Shown here: positions 26,919 through 35,960 of the stretch, piece after piece
Numbering within the stretch: position 1 is the stretch's first letter
How the letters are laid out: each line of letters opens with the position of its first letter
Origin: a virus
Taxonomy: Duplodnaviria > Caudoviricetes
IMG/VR virus record: IMGVR_UViG_3300031749_000016
Location: 1-38,484 of that record
Reading direction: 5' to 3' (one strand)
DNA length: 38,484 nt
Translations under genes and position numbers: made by a program
The notes under the pieces: generated by a model
Databases searched by the model: none
What the model saw: the letters and a program-made list of their open reading frames with translations, nothing else
What the model was told of the DNA's origin: nothing

Positions 26919-27509
26919 ATGCAAAACAATTCAAAAAAAGAGGTTAAGAAGGAAAGAAAAAATATTTTTAAAGGGGATTGGTATATGGGAGTTAAAAAGG
27001 TTTGGGGCAAAAAAGAATATGAGGTTGTTTATACAAATTTAAAAAAATCAAATATTTTCAAGGTTTATGGAAAATACAATAGCAAAAAAGAAGCGCTAAA
27101 AGCAATGGTAGAGTTATCTTTAATGGATGAAAAAATCATAGAAAAAATGTTTAGGGATAAAAATAATCCTTGGATATCCTTTGCGAAACCAATCAAAGTT
27201 ATAGAATGGCAGGGAGATAATAACGAAGAGGAAAATGAGGATAAAAAAATTAAAAAAGCAATTGAAACAAGTTACAAAGACCTAGCAAAAGGTGAGTACA
27301 GCTATCTAGGAATAGCTGTACCAATAAAAGCTTTGATAGAAAAAGTTAAAAAATGGGGTTACAAAGAGGATGACATAATAGGGATAATTAAGTTAATGTA
27401 TTATAACGCTGAGGTTGAATTATTCTATGGCAATGAAAATACTTTAGTTATAGGAAACAAAGGATACTATTATATGGCAATCAAATATTTAGAAGAGGAG
27501 GTGATATAA
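26919..27509 (+). CDS. Early hypothetical protein (family B motif)
   Basis: Strong RBS; YGKYNSKKEA motif. Confidence 0.7.
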   Translation: MQNNSKKEVKKERKNIFKGDWYMGVKKVWGKKEYEVVYTNLKKSNIFKVYGKYNSKKEALKAMVELSLMDEKIIEKMFRDKNNPWISFAKPIKVIEWQGDNNEEENEDKKIKKAIETSYKDLAKGEYSYLGIAVPIKALIEKVKKWGYKEDDIIGIIKLMYYNAEVELFYGNENTLVIGNKGYYYMAIKYLEEEVI

Positions 27510-27510
27510 G

Positions 27511-27900
27511 ATGGAAGTAGTAAAAAAATTAAATCTAAGTAGTAATTGGAAAATGGAAAAAGGATGGAGATTAGATTTAGGATTAAACTCATTTGGAATA
27601 ATGAAGGAGGAAGGAGAAATAGAAAAATATAACGATAGACTTTATCCTATTATCCATTTAGTTGAATACGATATTGGAGGGTGGGTGTTTAGTAATGTGG
27701 ATGTAATAATAATAACTAACAAACAAATAAACCTAGAAGAAATAAACACATTGGATGATATTTTAAATATTTTGGATTTAAATTGGAATTTGGATGACTT
27801 TATAGTTAGTCCTACTGATAAAACGAGGGTGCTAGAAAAGGGTGATCCAGAAGCGATTTTTTTTACAAATTTTCATAAATTTCTAATAGAAGGGGATTAA
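27511..27900 (+). CDS. Early protein, paralog family A copy 1
   Basis: LSxxWKxxKGWxLDLG...GWxF...PTDKTxVL. Confidence 0.8.
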   Translation: MEVVKKLNLSSNWKMEKGWRLDLGLNSFGIMKEEGEIEKYNDRLYPIIHLVEYDIGGWVFSNVDVIIITNKQINLEEINTLDDILNILDLNWNLDDFIVSPTDKTRVLEKGDPEAIFFTNFHKFLIEGD

Positions 27901-27917
27901 AAGCCCCTTTTATCTTT
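27890..27917 (+). terminator. Hairpin/weak intrinsic terminator
   Basis: AAGGGG-N8-CCCCTT followed by a T-rich tract. Confidence 0.5.
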
Positions 27918-27960
27918 CAGTTATTAATTTCAAAAATTTTTTTAAAAGGAGGTTCAAGGA

Positions 27961-28332
27961 ATGGAAGAAACAAAAAAATTAGAGTTAAGTGATGGGTGGA
28001 AGAAAGAAAAAGGTTGGATTTTAGATTTGGGAGATTACGGTACAGCATTAATGGAAGGAACGGGTGAATATTTAGGAGACGGTAAAGCAGTTATTTTTCT
28101 TTATAGGTACGATTACAAAGGTTGGATTTTTAAAAATGTTGAGGTTGAGGTAGATATTTCTAAACCAGATTTAGAACAAATTGGGGAGATTGAAAAATTA
28201 GATGACATTCTAATATGTGGGTGGGATAATTATACAATTTATCCAACCGATAAAACAAAGGTTTTAAAAAGAGGAGATCCAAATTATATTAAAACCACAA
28301 CATTTGACAGATTTATAGAGGAGGTAAAATGA
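27961..28332 (+). CDS. Early protein, paralog family A copy 2
   Basis: Same motifs as 27511. Confidence 0.8.
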   Translation: MEETKKLELSDGWKKEKGWILDLGDYGTALMEGTGEYLGDGKAVIFLYRYDYKGWIFKNVEVEVDISKPDLEQIGEIEKLDDILICGWDNYTIYPTDKTKVLKRGDPNYIKTTTFDRFIEEVK

Positions 28333-28664
28333 TAACTTTAAAGGAATTCAAAAAGGGAGAGATATATTACTACAGCGATTTTTACGATAAAGAATGGATG
28401 TTAATAAAAGGAATAAAAATAACAAAAAGGAAAGGCAATAACTTTTGGTTTCTAGCAGAGGTCATTGAAAACCATACGGACAGGAAATGGAACGATCCAG
28501 GGACAATACATAGTTTTTCAAACTCATTTATTTACAAAACCTGGGATGAATTGGTAGGAGATATAGAAAGGTCAAAACAAAGTCAAATACAATTTCTAAC
28601 TTTACTGCTAAAAGCAATTAAAGCTAAAGAATCTAAAGAAAAACGCAAAACAAAAAATAAATAA
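28329..28664 (+). CDS. Early hypothetical protein
   Basis: GGAGG RBS, ATGA overlap. Confidence 0.7.
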   Translation: MITLKEFKKGEIYYYSDFYDKEWMLIKGIKITKRKGNNFWFLAEVIENHTDRKWNDPGTIHSFSNSFIYKTWDELVGDIERSKQSQIQFLTLLLKAIKAKESKEKRKTKNK

Positions 28665-28719
28665 ATATTTTAATTTTAGTGCTGGGCATCACTTTAAACT
28701 GCCCGAAAAGGAGGTTTTT

Positions 28720-29103
28720 TTGGAAAGAATTTATCTAAGTGATCAATGGAAAATGTCAAGAGGTTGGCTACTAGATCTTGGTGACCAAGGTACAGCAATT
28801 ATGTCAGGTGAAGGCGAGATAATTGAAAAAGGTAGTAATTATGTAGCAATAGGAATTGAACTTGAAAAATACGAATACAAAGGTTGGGTTTTCTCTGATA
28901 TGGAGCTAATTGTCTATATGGATACTACTGATAACATAAATTGTATAGATGGTGCACTTTTAAGACATTGGGATTATTGGAGAATAGATGGAACAAACAA
29001 AACAAAAGTTATTTCAAGAGGATTACCAGAAGACATATTAAACACAATCTTAGCTGATATTGTAATTAAAATTGATGAACAAAAATCTAATCAAGGGTAT
29101 TGA
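28720..29103 (+). CDS. Early protein, paralog family A copy 3
   Basis: AGGAGG RBS plus TTG start; same motifs. Confidence 0.8.
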   Translation: MERIYLSDQWKMSRGWLLDLGDQGTAIMSGEGEIIEKGSNYVAIGIELEKYEYKGWVFSDMELIVYMDTTDNINCIDGALLRHWDYWRIDGTNKTKVISRGLPEDILNTILADIVIKIDEQKSNQGY

Positions 29104-29127
29104 CTTTTTTAATTTTTTCATTATAAT
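29100..29127 (+). promoter_or_regulatory. Sigma70-type early promoter
   Basis: TTGACT-N16-TATAAT, near copy of the 26864 promoter. Confidence 0.75.
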
Positions 29128-29161
29128 TAAAATATAAATAATTTTGAAAGGAGGTCAAAAG

Positions 29162-29386
29162 ATGGCGAAAAAAGAGTTAAAAAGAAAAAACAATGGGTTT
29201 GTTGTAAAAATCAAAATTTTCGAGTATGGTAAAAGAAAATTTTATGGTGTTTTTTTTGGACCAACTGAAAAAGAAATGATTCCTTATGGGAGTTATTTAA
29301 CAAAAAAAGAAGCTGAAGAAATGATAAGGGAACTTGAAAGGTGTGACAATGAACTTATTAACAAAGTTTACAATGATTCAAAATAA
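29162..29386 (+). CDS. Early small protein (family B motif)
   Basis: RBS; YGSYLTKKEAEEM motif. Confidence 0.7.
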   Translation: MAKKELKRKNNGFVVKIKIFEYGKRKFYGVFFGPTEKEMIPYGSYLTKKEAEEMIRELERCDNELINKVYNDSK

Positions 29387-29406
29387 ATTATAGAAGGAGG
29401 TGCAAA

Positions 29407-29613
29407 ATGAAAATTTTTGCTAGTTATCAAGAGGCCGATGAGGCTTTAAAAACCATTAAAGAAATGAAACAAAAAACAGGAAAACTTGACCAAGATTATG
29501 TAAAAATTTTAAAAGAAACACTTAAACATTCCTACAGACCTGTGGTTGTATATTTTACAAAAAAACTTTCGGAATATCCTGATTTATTGGAAGAATTTGT
29601 AACAATCAAATAA
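29407..29613 (+). CDS. Early hypothetical protein
   Basis: AAGGAGG RBS. Confidence 0.7.
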   Translation: MKIFASYQEADEALKTIKEMKQKTGKLDQDYVKILKETLKHSYRPVVVYFTKKLSEYPDLLEEFVTIK

Positions 29614-29624
29614 GGAGGCCAAAA

Positions 29625-30116
29625 ATGGGAGATAGAGCAGGATATCAATTAATAGGAAATGGTAAAAAAACTATGATATACAGGAAACAATGGATGGTTA
29701 GTATTGAAGATGTAACAAATTCTATAGTTAAAAACTTGGCACTTAGTAAAACACTTTATATGTTAGACAGAGATTTTTTTGAACCTGCTGGAAGCGGTTT
29801 AATACCATTAAGAGATGATTTGGATTTTGGAAGGTTAGCAACAGCTTTTATCAATGCACTTTACACATCCAATTTTGATAGTTTAGAATCAGATGTAAAT
29901 TGTGATATAGAAGATAATGGTTTATTTGTTTTAAAACTGGTGAAATGGAACAAATGGGAATGGTGGCACTATGATATAGAAGGAGAAAGAAAATCTAATA
30001 AGCAAAAAATTGCAGAAGTACATATTTTTGAAGGAGAAAAATATCCTAATTGTTATGAATTCATATGGATGAATCAAGAAGAAAAAACTAAGCATTCAGA
30101 AAAGGAGTGGCTATGA
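29625..30116 (+). CDS. Early hypothetical protein
   Basis: AAGGAGG RBS; MGDRA N-terminus. Confidence 0.7.
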   Translation: MGDRAGYQLIGNGKKTMIYRKQWMVSIEDVTNSIVKNLALSKTLYMLDRDFFEPAGSGLIPLRDDLDFGRLATAFINALYTSNFDSLESDVNCDIEDNGLFVLKLVKWNKWEWWHYDIEGERKSNKQKIAEVHIFEGEKYPNCYEFIWMNQEEKTKHSEKEWL

Positions 30117-30499
30117 AAAATAAAGAGATAAAAGAAAAAATAGATCAACTACTAAAAAACTATAGTACCACTCCAGCTGATAAATTTTTTGAAATTTTAA
30201 GAGAACTAAACGATCTACACACAAAAGCAAAACTCAAAAAAGAAACGCTTAAATCAGAATATGAACATAAAAAAGCAATATTCAAAAATTCACTTGCACT
30301 TGAACACACCAAAATATCAGATGCAAGTTTAGAAAGAATTGCTTTATCAATACCAGAATTATACAGATTGAAACTAAAGATAGGAATTTATGATGCGGAG
30401 GAAGATTACTATAGTCAGGAAATTGAGGATTTGATTGAGTTTATAAATTTGATTAAACTTGAAAGGAGAATTGAAGCAAAATTGGGAGGAGAGATATGA
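30113..30499 (+). CDS. Coiled-coil protein, possibly a UvsY-like recombination mediator
   Basis: Helical hairpin pattern; function is a guess. Confidence 0.4.
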   Translation: MKNKEIKEKIDQLLKNYSTTPADKFFEILRELNDLHTKAKLKKETLKSEYEHKKAIFKNSLALEHTKISDASLERIALSIPELYRLKLKIGIYDAEEDYYSQEIEDLIEFINLIKLERRIEAKLGGEI

Positions 30500-30837
30500 C
30501 GAAGGAAGAATTGATAGAAGAGTTAAAGGATGTAAAAACATTATATGTTGTTGGAATACATATTTCTACTTCTAACTGGGATAGAGGTCTATGGAAAAGA
30601 TTCAGTGTTTATTATGTTAAAGATAGTAATTTGAAAAGATTAGTTATTGATGATGATGAAAAAGATCTACCAACTTACTATGTTCCACTCCATAGAACTA
30701 AAAGTGGAAACAGAATTGGAGGATATTTTGAAAACGATACACTGGGTAGCGATAGAATTTTCGATATTGTCTACTCATTAGGAAAATGGTTGTATGGTTA
30801 TGGTTATAAATTTTTATCTGAATTTATAAGTTATTAA
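30496..30837 (+). CDS. Hypothetical protein
   Basis: RBS, ATGA overlap. Confidence 0.7.
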   Translation: MTKEELIEELKDVKTLYVVGIHISTSNWDRGLWKRFSVYYVKDSNLKRLVIDDDEKDLPTYYVPLHRTKSGNRIGGYFENDTLGSDRIFDIVYSLGKWLYGYGYKFLSEFISY

Positions 30838-30849
30838 AAGGAGGAAGTT

Positions 30850-31017
30850 ATGAAAAAAAGATTTAAAAAAGAAGTTGTAGCAACTACATTTCAACTACCA
30901 AAGGATCTTTATGAAAAAATAAGATTAGAGGCTTTTAAAAAAAGGATCTCGATATCTAAGTATTTAAGAGAAATTTTGTATATCTTTTTCAAAGAAGAAG
31001 AAAAAAAATTTGAATAA
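30850..31017 (+). CDS. Ribbon-helix-helix (CopG/Arc-like) regulator, 55 aa (not in ORF track)
   Basis: AGGAGG RBS; VATTFQLPKDLYEKIRLEAFKKRISISKYLREIL fits the RHH pattern. Confidence 0.8.
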   Translation: MKKRFKKEVVATTFQLPKDLYEKIRLEAFKKRISISKYLREILYIFFKEEEKKFE

Positions 31018-31037
31018 TTCAAATTTTATATTATAAT
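31005..31037 (+). promoter_or_regulatory. Promoter with palindromic operator over the -35 box
   Basis: TTGAAT-N16-TATAAT; perfect 11-1-11 palindrome AAAATTTGAAT-A-ATTCAAATTTT (31005-31027). Confidence 0.65.
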
Positions 31038-31057
31038 TTAAAAAAAGGAGGTTTCAA

Positions 31058-31681
31058 ATGGAAAAAACGGACCAGGAGTTAAAGGTTAAAAAGTATGACA
31101 TTGAAAAAGAAGGAAAGGTTATTAGAACGGTTTACTACTATCCAATTTCAGAAATACGAAAAATTTTCAATTTCTATGTTAAAGAAGTTTTAGAAAAAAC
31201 TTATGGAACTCCAATCAAGCAATATTTCAAAGTAGAACCTTTAGTTGTAAATGGGATCACTTATTTACGAGGTGAACTTTGTTTGATGGGAACAAGCGAT
31301 CCATTGGTAGAAATAGTGCTTAGTTTACCTATTGAAGATGCTTTTGCTGTAGATAAGGAAGGTAAATATTCTAAAAGTGTTTCAAACGAAACTGCTAAAG
31401 TTATCACAAGGATAGAGAAAAGGGCAAAAATAATGATTTTAGGTTTAGAAGATCCCGAGGAGGTGGCCGGAGAAATTGAAGATATAGAAAAAAATGTAAA
31501 AGAACAGGATGAAGCACCAATCACAGTAGCACAATTGAAAGCACTTCAAAGAATCAAAGATCCAAGTATTATTGAATTCATAAAATCTACTTTTGGAAAA
31601 GAAAAATTAGAAGACTTAACGAAAATTGAAGCAGGAAAAGTTTTTGATTATTTGAATGAAAAGATTGCAAAGAAGAGCTGA
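31058..31681 (+). CDS. Putative single-strand annealing protein (ERF/Rad52-like)
   Basis: C-terminal PITVAQLKAL...LEDLTKIEA motif typical of phage SSAPs; position. Confidence 0.45.
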   Translation: MEKTDQELKVKKYDIEKEGKVIRTVYYYPISEIRKIFNFYVKEVLEKTYGTPIKQYFKVEPLVVNGITYLRGELCLMGTSDPLVEIVLSLPIEDAFAVDKEGKYSKSVSNETAKVITRIEKRAKIMILGLEDPEEVAGEIEDIEKNVKEQDEAPITVAQLKALQRIKDPSIIEFIKSTFGKEKLEDLTKIEAGKVFDYLNEKIAKKS

Positions 31682-31685
31682 ATTT

Positions 31686-31714
31686 AAAGGAAGGGTTAAC
31701 GCCCTTCCTTTTTT
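31686..31714 (+). terminator. Intrinsic terminator
   Basis: AAAGGAAGGG-TTAACG-CCCTTCCTTT plus T run. Confidence 0.8.
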
Positions 31715-31940
31715 AGAAAGGATTAGTTTAGATTTTTTTCAATTTTTGAAAAAAATAATAAGAAACATACTATTAAATTTATTTCTCTGTGCTGATTCAA
31801 AATCACGATTCAATCTACAAAAGACTTTCTTGAAGGTCAGAAATGCAAAAAAAGGTCGAATCATTATATATAATATATATATATATATTAAAAGCTATAA
31901 AAATAAAAATATAGAAATTATATAAATATAATTTAAGGAT
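31713..31940. other. Candidate replication origin
   Basis: Palindromic repeat plus an (AT)n tract upstream of an initiator-like gene. Confidence 0.45.
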
Positions 31941-31945
31941 CAAAA

Positions 31946-32536
31946 ATGAAAAAACTGACAAGGTTACAATACGAGGAAGCAAAAAAAATGAATGAGGAAG
32001 GTTTGAGTTTAAAAAAGATAGCAAGGAAATTTAAATGGAGATACGACTCTTTTGTTTACTGGTTCAACAAATACAAATTATTTGAAGAAATAGAGTTCTA
32101 CGAAAAAGTTTCAAATATTATCAAAACAAAAAATACTACTAAAGAGCCAGAACTCCTTGATGTAAACGAGATAAACAAAGCTATAGAGGGTTTGAATCTA
32201 AACAGATATGAAAAAGAATTTTATAATTTCTATTGCATTTTTTACAATATTTTACCCGATCCAAACGACGCAAATATTGTTGTAAAAATAATGGCTTATG
32301 CAACACCTCAACAAGCAAAGTCAATGCTATTGACTTATGCAAAGAAAATGAGTGGTGAAAAAGTATCGCTTCAATATTTATATAATGTGATAAGTCACTT
32401 GAATTTAAAAAACAAAATGTTTACCAAAAAAGAACCTAAAGCTAAACAACAAATCATTAAACCATCGGAAAAGAAAGAGGTTATAGTTCAAGACTTAAAA
32501 GATTATATGAAAAAGACCAATGAAAAAAAGAATTAG
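31946..32536 (+). CDS. Putative replication initiator (N-terminal HTH)
   Basis: GLSLKKIARKF HTH; upstream of a DnaC-like ATPase. Confidence 0.55.
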   Translation: MKKLTRLQYEEAKKMNEEGLSLKKIARKFKWRYDSFVYWFNKYKLFEEIEFYEKVSNIIKTKNTTKEPELLDVNEINKAIEGLNLNRYEKEFYNFYCIFYNILPDPNDANIVVKIMAYATPQQAKSMLLTYAKKMSGEKVSLQYLYNVISHLNLKNKMFTKKEPKAKQQIIKPSEKKEVIVQDLKDYMKKTNEKKN

Positions 32537-32589
32537 AAAGGATAAAATGATATTTTTTTCAAATTTTGAAAAAAATATAAAAGAAACAT
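32533..32589. repeat. Second copy of the about 56-bp palindromic repeat (first copy 31713-31768)
   Basis: TTAGAAAGGAT...ATTTTTTTCAA-N3-TTGAAAAAAAT...AGAAACAT in both copies. Confidence 0.85.
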
Positions 32590-32620
32590 TATTTAGAAAG
32601 GAAAGAAAGGAGGTTTTTCA

Positions 32621-33319
32621 ATGGAAAAAATGGGAGATTTTTTAAAAACTTGGATGGACAGGATGTCTAAAGAGAGAGAAAAGTTTTTAGAGAGAAAAAA
32701 ACAATTATGGGAGGTTGTTGAAAAAAATAAATGTTTTAGCTGTGACAATGGAATTATTTTTTATGAAGAGGATGGGATCAGATATGAATGGGTATGTGAT
32801 GATTACTTAAAATTAGTTTCTTGCTTAAGAAGAAAGGGCTTACTATTGTCAGTTTTTGGAGAAGAATTTGTAAATGTTACAACAGAAAAACTGGATGAAA
32901 AAGCACTTGAGGTTTATGAAAAATTTGATTTTGATAAAGATTTAATTATTATAGGACCCTTAGGAACAGGCAAAACTTCATTTTTGGCACTACTTTTAAT
33001 AAAAGCAAAGATCCTTAGTAAAAATGTTATAATCAGGAATCCAAATAAATTACTAAAAGACTATTTTGGTGGAAAAGATGATTTGTTTATGAAAGCAGAT
33101 GTCTTACTGATTGATGACTTGGGGATTGAATACAACACAGATGCTTTTAGAAGTGCTTTTGAAGAAATAATTGACTATAGATGGAGAAATAGAAAATCAA
33201 CTGCTATCACAAGTAATTTTGAAGTAGAGAATTTGTTTGAGAGGTATCCAAGAGCTATGGATAGATTACAACAACGAGGAATACTTGTGGTTTTGAAAGG
33301 AACATCATTAAGGAGGTAA
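32621..33319 (+). CDS. DnaC/IstB-like AAA+ helicase loader
   Basis: GPLGTGKT, LLIDDLG, IIDYR, TAITSN, DRL, GTSLR; N-terminal Cys cluster. Confidence 0.9.
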   Translation: MEKMGDFLKTWMDRMSKEREKFLERKKQLWEVVEKNKCFSCDNGIIFYEEDGIRYEWVCDDYLKLVSCLRRKGLLLSVFGEEFVNVTTEKLDEKALEVYEKFDFDKDLIIIGPLGTGKTSFLALLLIKAKILSKNVIIRNPNKLLKDYFGGKDDLFMKADVLLIDDLGIEYNTDAFRSAFEEIIDYRWRNRKSTAITSNFEVENLFERYPRAMDRLQQRGILVVLKGTSLRR

Positions 33320-33510
33320 TGATGGTTGATTTTTTAAACTTAAAAAAAGGAACTATAATTATTAGTAGATTCTCAGAAATGGAATACTATTTTAAAGATA
33401 TAGTAAAAATAAATAAAAGTTATTATGTAGTTATACAACCTTTGAATGCTGAAAATACTTATAATGTTAGTATTGATATAGCAACGCAAATTTTTAGGGT
33501 AAAGGAGTAA
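33319..33510 (+). CDS. Hypothetical protein
   Basis: AAGGAGG RBS, TAATG overlap. Confidence 0.6.
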   Translation: MMVDFLNLKKGTIIISRFSEMEYYFKDIVKINKSYYVVIQPLNAENTYNVSIDIATQIFRVKE

Positions 33511-33513
33511 ATA

Positions 33514-34335
33514 ATGAAAATATCAAATAAATATAATCTACCGGAAGTTTTTGTGAATATGGCTAACAATATACATCCGATTAAAGAAAATGAAATAAGC
33601 ATTACCGACTTGATTAATCCACCATATATGTATAAACTAAAATTGAAATGCTGGGATCAATTAGAACAGGATGTTTCTGAAACACTATGGATGTTATTAG
33701 GAACAGCAATTCATATGGTGCTTGATAAGCACTCACCCGATGATTCATTGAGTGAAGAAAAAATAGAAGTGGAAATTGATGGAGTAAAAATAAAAGGTAG
33801 ACCAGATCTGTATAAAAACAACAGCATAGAAGATTATAAGGTTACATCTGTTTACTCATTTCTTTTGGGTGAAAAAAAAGAATGGGAAAATCAATTAAAT
33901 TGCTATGCTTGGCTTTACGAAAAAATAGGTTTCAAGGTTGAAAAACTTTTTATAAATGCAATTCTGAGGGATTGGGTAAAAACAAGAACAAAAGAAAATA
34001 ACTATCCAGAGATTCCTTTTTTAAAAAAAGAAATACCACTATGGGATTTTGAAAAGAGAGAAAAATACATCAGAGATAGAATTGTTTTGTTTAAACAAGA
34101 TCCCGAGATTTGTTCTGAAGAAGATAGGTGGAAAAGAGGAGGAGAGATTGCTCTTATGCAAGAAGGTAGAAAAAGTGCTATAAAATTATTCAACAACGAA
34201 GATGAAACAAAGAATATAAAACTAAACAAAAATCAGTATTTTGAAAAAAGACCTGTCAAGTATGTTAGATGTGAAGAGTATTGTTTAGTAAGAAATTTCT
34301 GTGAATTTGGAAAACGGAGGCTTCAAAATGAATAG
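33514..34335 (+). CDS. PD-(D/E)xK exonuclease (Cas4/RecB-like)
   Basis: LGTAIH, E, GRPD, IEDYK, QLNCY; C-terminal RC..YC.V..FC. Confidence 0.85.
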   Translation: MKISNKYNLPEVFVNMANNIHPIKENEISITDLINPPYMYKLKLKCWDQLEQDVSETLWMLLGTAIHMVLDKHSPDDSLSEEKIEVEIDGVKIKGRPDLYKNNSIEDYKVTSVYSFLLGEKKEWENQLNCYAWLYEKIGFKVEKLFINAILRDWVKTRTKENNYPEIPFLKKEIPLWDFEKREKYIRDRIVLFKQDPEICSEEDRWKRGGEIALMQEGRKSAIKLFNNEDETKNIKLNKNQYFEKRPVKYVRCEEYCLVRNFCEFGKRRLQNE

Positions 34336-34528
34336 CATTATATTTTTAATCATTTTTTATTTACTTCAGATTACGAGTTGTTATGAAGGTTTTGATCTTG
34401 GTATTGGATGGAGATTTGGTATCCAGTTGCTTTCTATTATATTTATAATTCTTTTTTTATATAAAATTTATGAAAGGAGGAAAAATGGGATATTGGAACA
34501 AAAACATCCAAGAAAAATACAAAAATAG
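34328..34528 (+). CDS. Small membrane protein
   Basis: GGAGG RBS; two hydrophobic segments. Confidence 0.5.
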   Translation: MNSIIFLIIFYLLQITSCYEGFDLGIGWRFGIQLLSIIFIILFLYKIYERRKNGILEQKHPRKIQK

Positions 34529-34709
34529 AGATACCTATGTTTATTTTAGCGACAACAAAAACAGAGATTTACATAAGGAACTTGCAAGGATAAAAACAAA
34601 GTATGAATTATTGATTCAAAAAGCACCGCCATTTGAAAGGCCCTATTTATTTATGCAAATGTTGATTGCTATGATAGAAAAGGAAAATATGTATAGTAAT
34701 GAAGAATAA
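34485..34709 (+). CDS. Hypothetical protein
   Basis: AAGGAGG RBS. Confidence 0.65.
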   Translation: MGYWNKNIQEKYKNRDTYVYFSDNKNRDLHKELARIKTKYELLIQKAPPFERPYLFMQMLIAMIEKENMYSNEE

Positions 34710-35520
34710 AATGGATTCCGGAAACAAATCTTATGCAGTCAAAAACTTAATATGCAATCAAATTTACAATACGGATTGTATAGAAGGTATGAAATTAATA
34801 CCTTCTCAATCTATTGATTTAGTAATAACAGATCCACCTTTTGCCATTGAATTTAAAGCTAAAAAAAGTAACTATAATAGAACTCAGTCAAGAGTAATTG
34901 AAGGTTATAATGAAATACCCAAAAAGGAATATTTAGATTTTACAATAAAATGGATGAAAGAAGTTTATAGAGTTTTAAAAGAATCAGGCAGTATCTATAT
35001 ATTTTCAGGATGGAATAATTTAAAGGATATTTTAATAGCAATTGATGAACTTAATTTTATCTTAATTAACCATATAATTTGGAAATATCAATTCGGTGTA
35101 GTAACAAACAGAAAATTCATAACATCGCACTATCATATTCTTTATGTCTGTAAAAATGATAAAAAGAGAAAGTTTTATCCATTTTCGAGATTTAATAAAG
35201 ATGAAGTTGATGAAAATGGACGAAAATTACATTATATTGATAAAGAAGATGTTTGGATAATACAAAGAGAGTATTGGACTGGAGTCCAAAAAACCCCAAC
35301 TAAATTACCTTTTGAACTGATTAAAAAAATATTAATGTATTCAAGCGATGAGGGTGATATTGTTTTAGATCCATTTTTAGGTTCAGGTCAAGTTGCGGTT
35401 GTAAGTAAATTATTAAAAAGGCAATACATAGGTTTTGAGATAGTTAAAGAATATTATGAATTTGCAAGGAAGAGGTTGGAAAACAATGTCTACAAAATCA
35501 AGGAAGGAGAATATGTATGA
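34699..35520 (+). CDS. Orphan beta-class N6-adenine/N4-cytosine DNA methyltransferase
   Basis: Motif IV ITDPPF precedes motif I DPFLGSG; no cognate REase. Confidence 0.93.
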   Translation: MKNKMDSGNKSYAVKNLICNQIYNTDCIEGMKLIPSQSIDLVITDPPFAIEFKAKKSNYNRTQSRVIEGYNEIPKKEYLDFTIKWMKEVYRVLKESGSIYIFSGWNNLKDILIAIDELNFILINHIIWKYQFGVVTNRKFITSHYHILYVCKNDKKRKFYPFSRFNKDEVDENGRKLHYIDKEDVWIIQREYWTGVQKTPTKLPFELIKKILMYSSDEGDIVLDPFLGSGQVAVVSKLLKRQYIGFEIVKEYYEFARKRLENNVYKIKEGEYV

Positions 35521-35960
35521 AAAAGAAAAGGAGCACTAACAATAGATGGGAATCTGTAAACGAAGGATGGGATTTTTATAGAACACCATCTAAGATAAAA
35601 AAACTTAAAAAGCAATTAGAAGAGTTATGGAAAAAAGTATGCTTAAAAAGAGATAACTACAAATGTCAATATTGTGGCTCCACAGAGGATTTACAAGTGC
35701 ATCATATAGTATCAAGGAAGAACCTGAATACAAAATTCGATATTGATAACGGCATAACTCTTTGTAAGAAATGTCATACAAGAATATCCTTGAATCCAAC
35801 TGCAAAAATGGAATTCACAATTTGGTTTATAAAAAAGTATGGGATTAAGAGATTAGAGAATTTACAAGAAAAAGCAAGAAAAATTAAGCAATGGAAGGTA
35901 AGTGGATTAGAGAGTGAGATTGAAAAATTAACAAAAATTTTAAAAGGAGGTGAAGAATGA
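35517..35960 (+). CDS. HNH endonuclease (NinG/Rap-like)
   Basis: RD...CQYCG...VHHI...NGITLCKKCH. Confidence 0.88.
   Translation: MKKKRSTNNRWESVNEGWDFYRTPSKIKKLKKQLEELWKKVCLKRDNYKCQYCGSTEDLQVHHIVSRKNLNTKFDIDNGITLCKKCHTRISLNPTAKMEFTIWFIKKYGIKRLENLQEKARKIKQWKVSGLESEIEKLTKILKGGEE

Noticed and set aside
28676-28714. Fluoride riboswitch (AAACTGCCC..GAAA resemblance)
   Set aside because: Lacks the conserved GATG and 3' pairing elements
21783-31925. Alternative + strand ORFs 21783-22055, 26854-27042 and 31656-31925
   Set aside because: They overlap better-supported genes, a promoter, or the terminator/origin region
33514-34335. Cas4 as part of a CRISPR system
   Set aside because: Stand-alone phage PD-(D/E)xK exonuclease in the replication/recombination module
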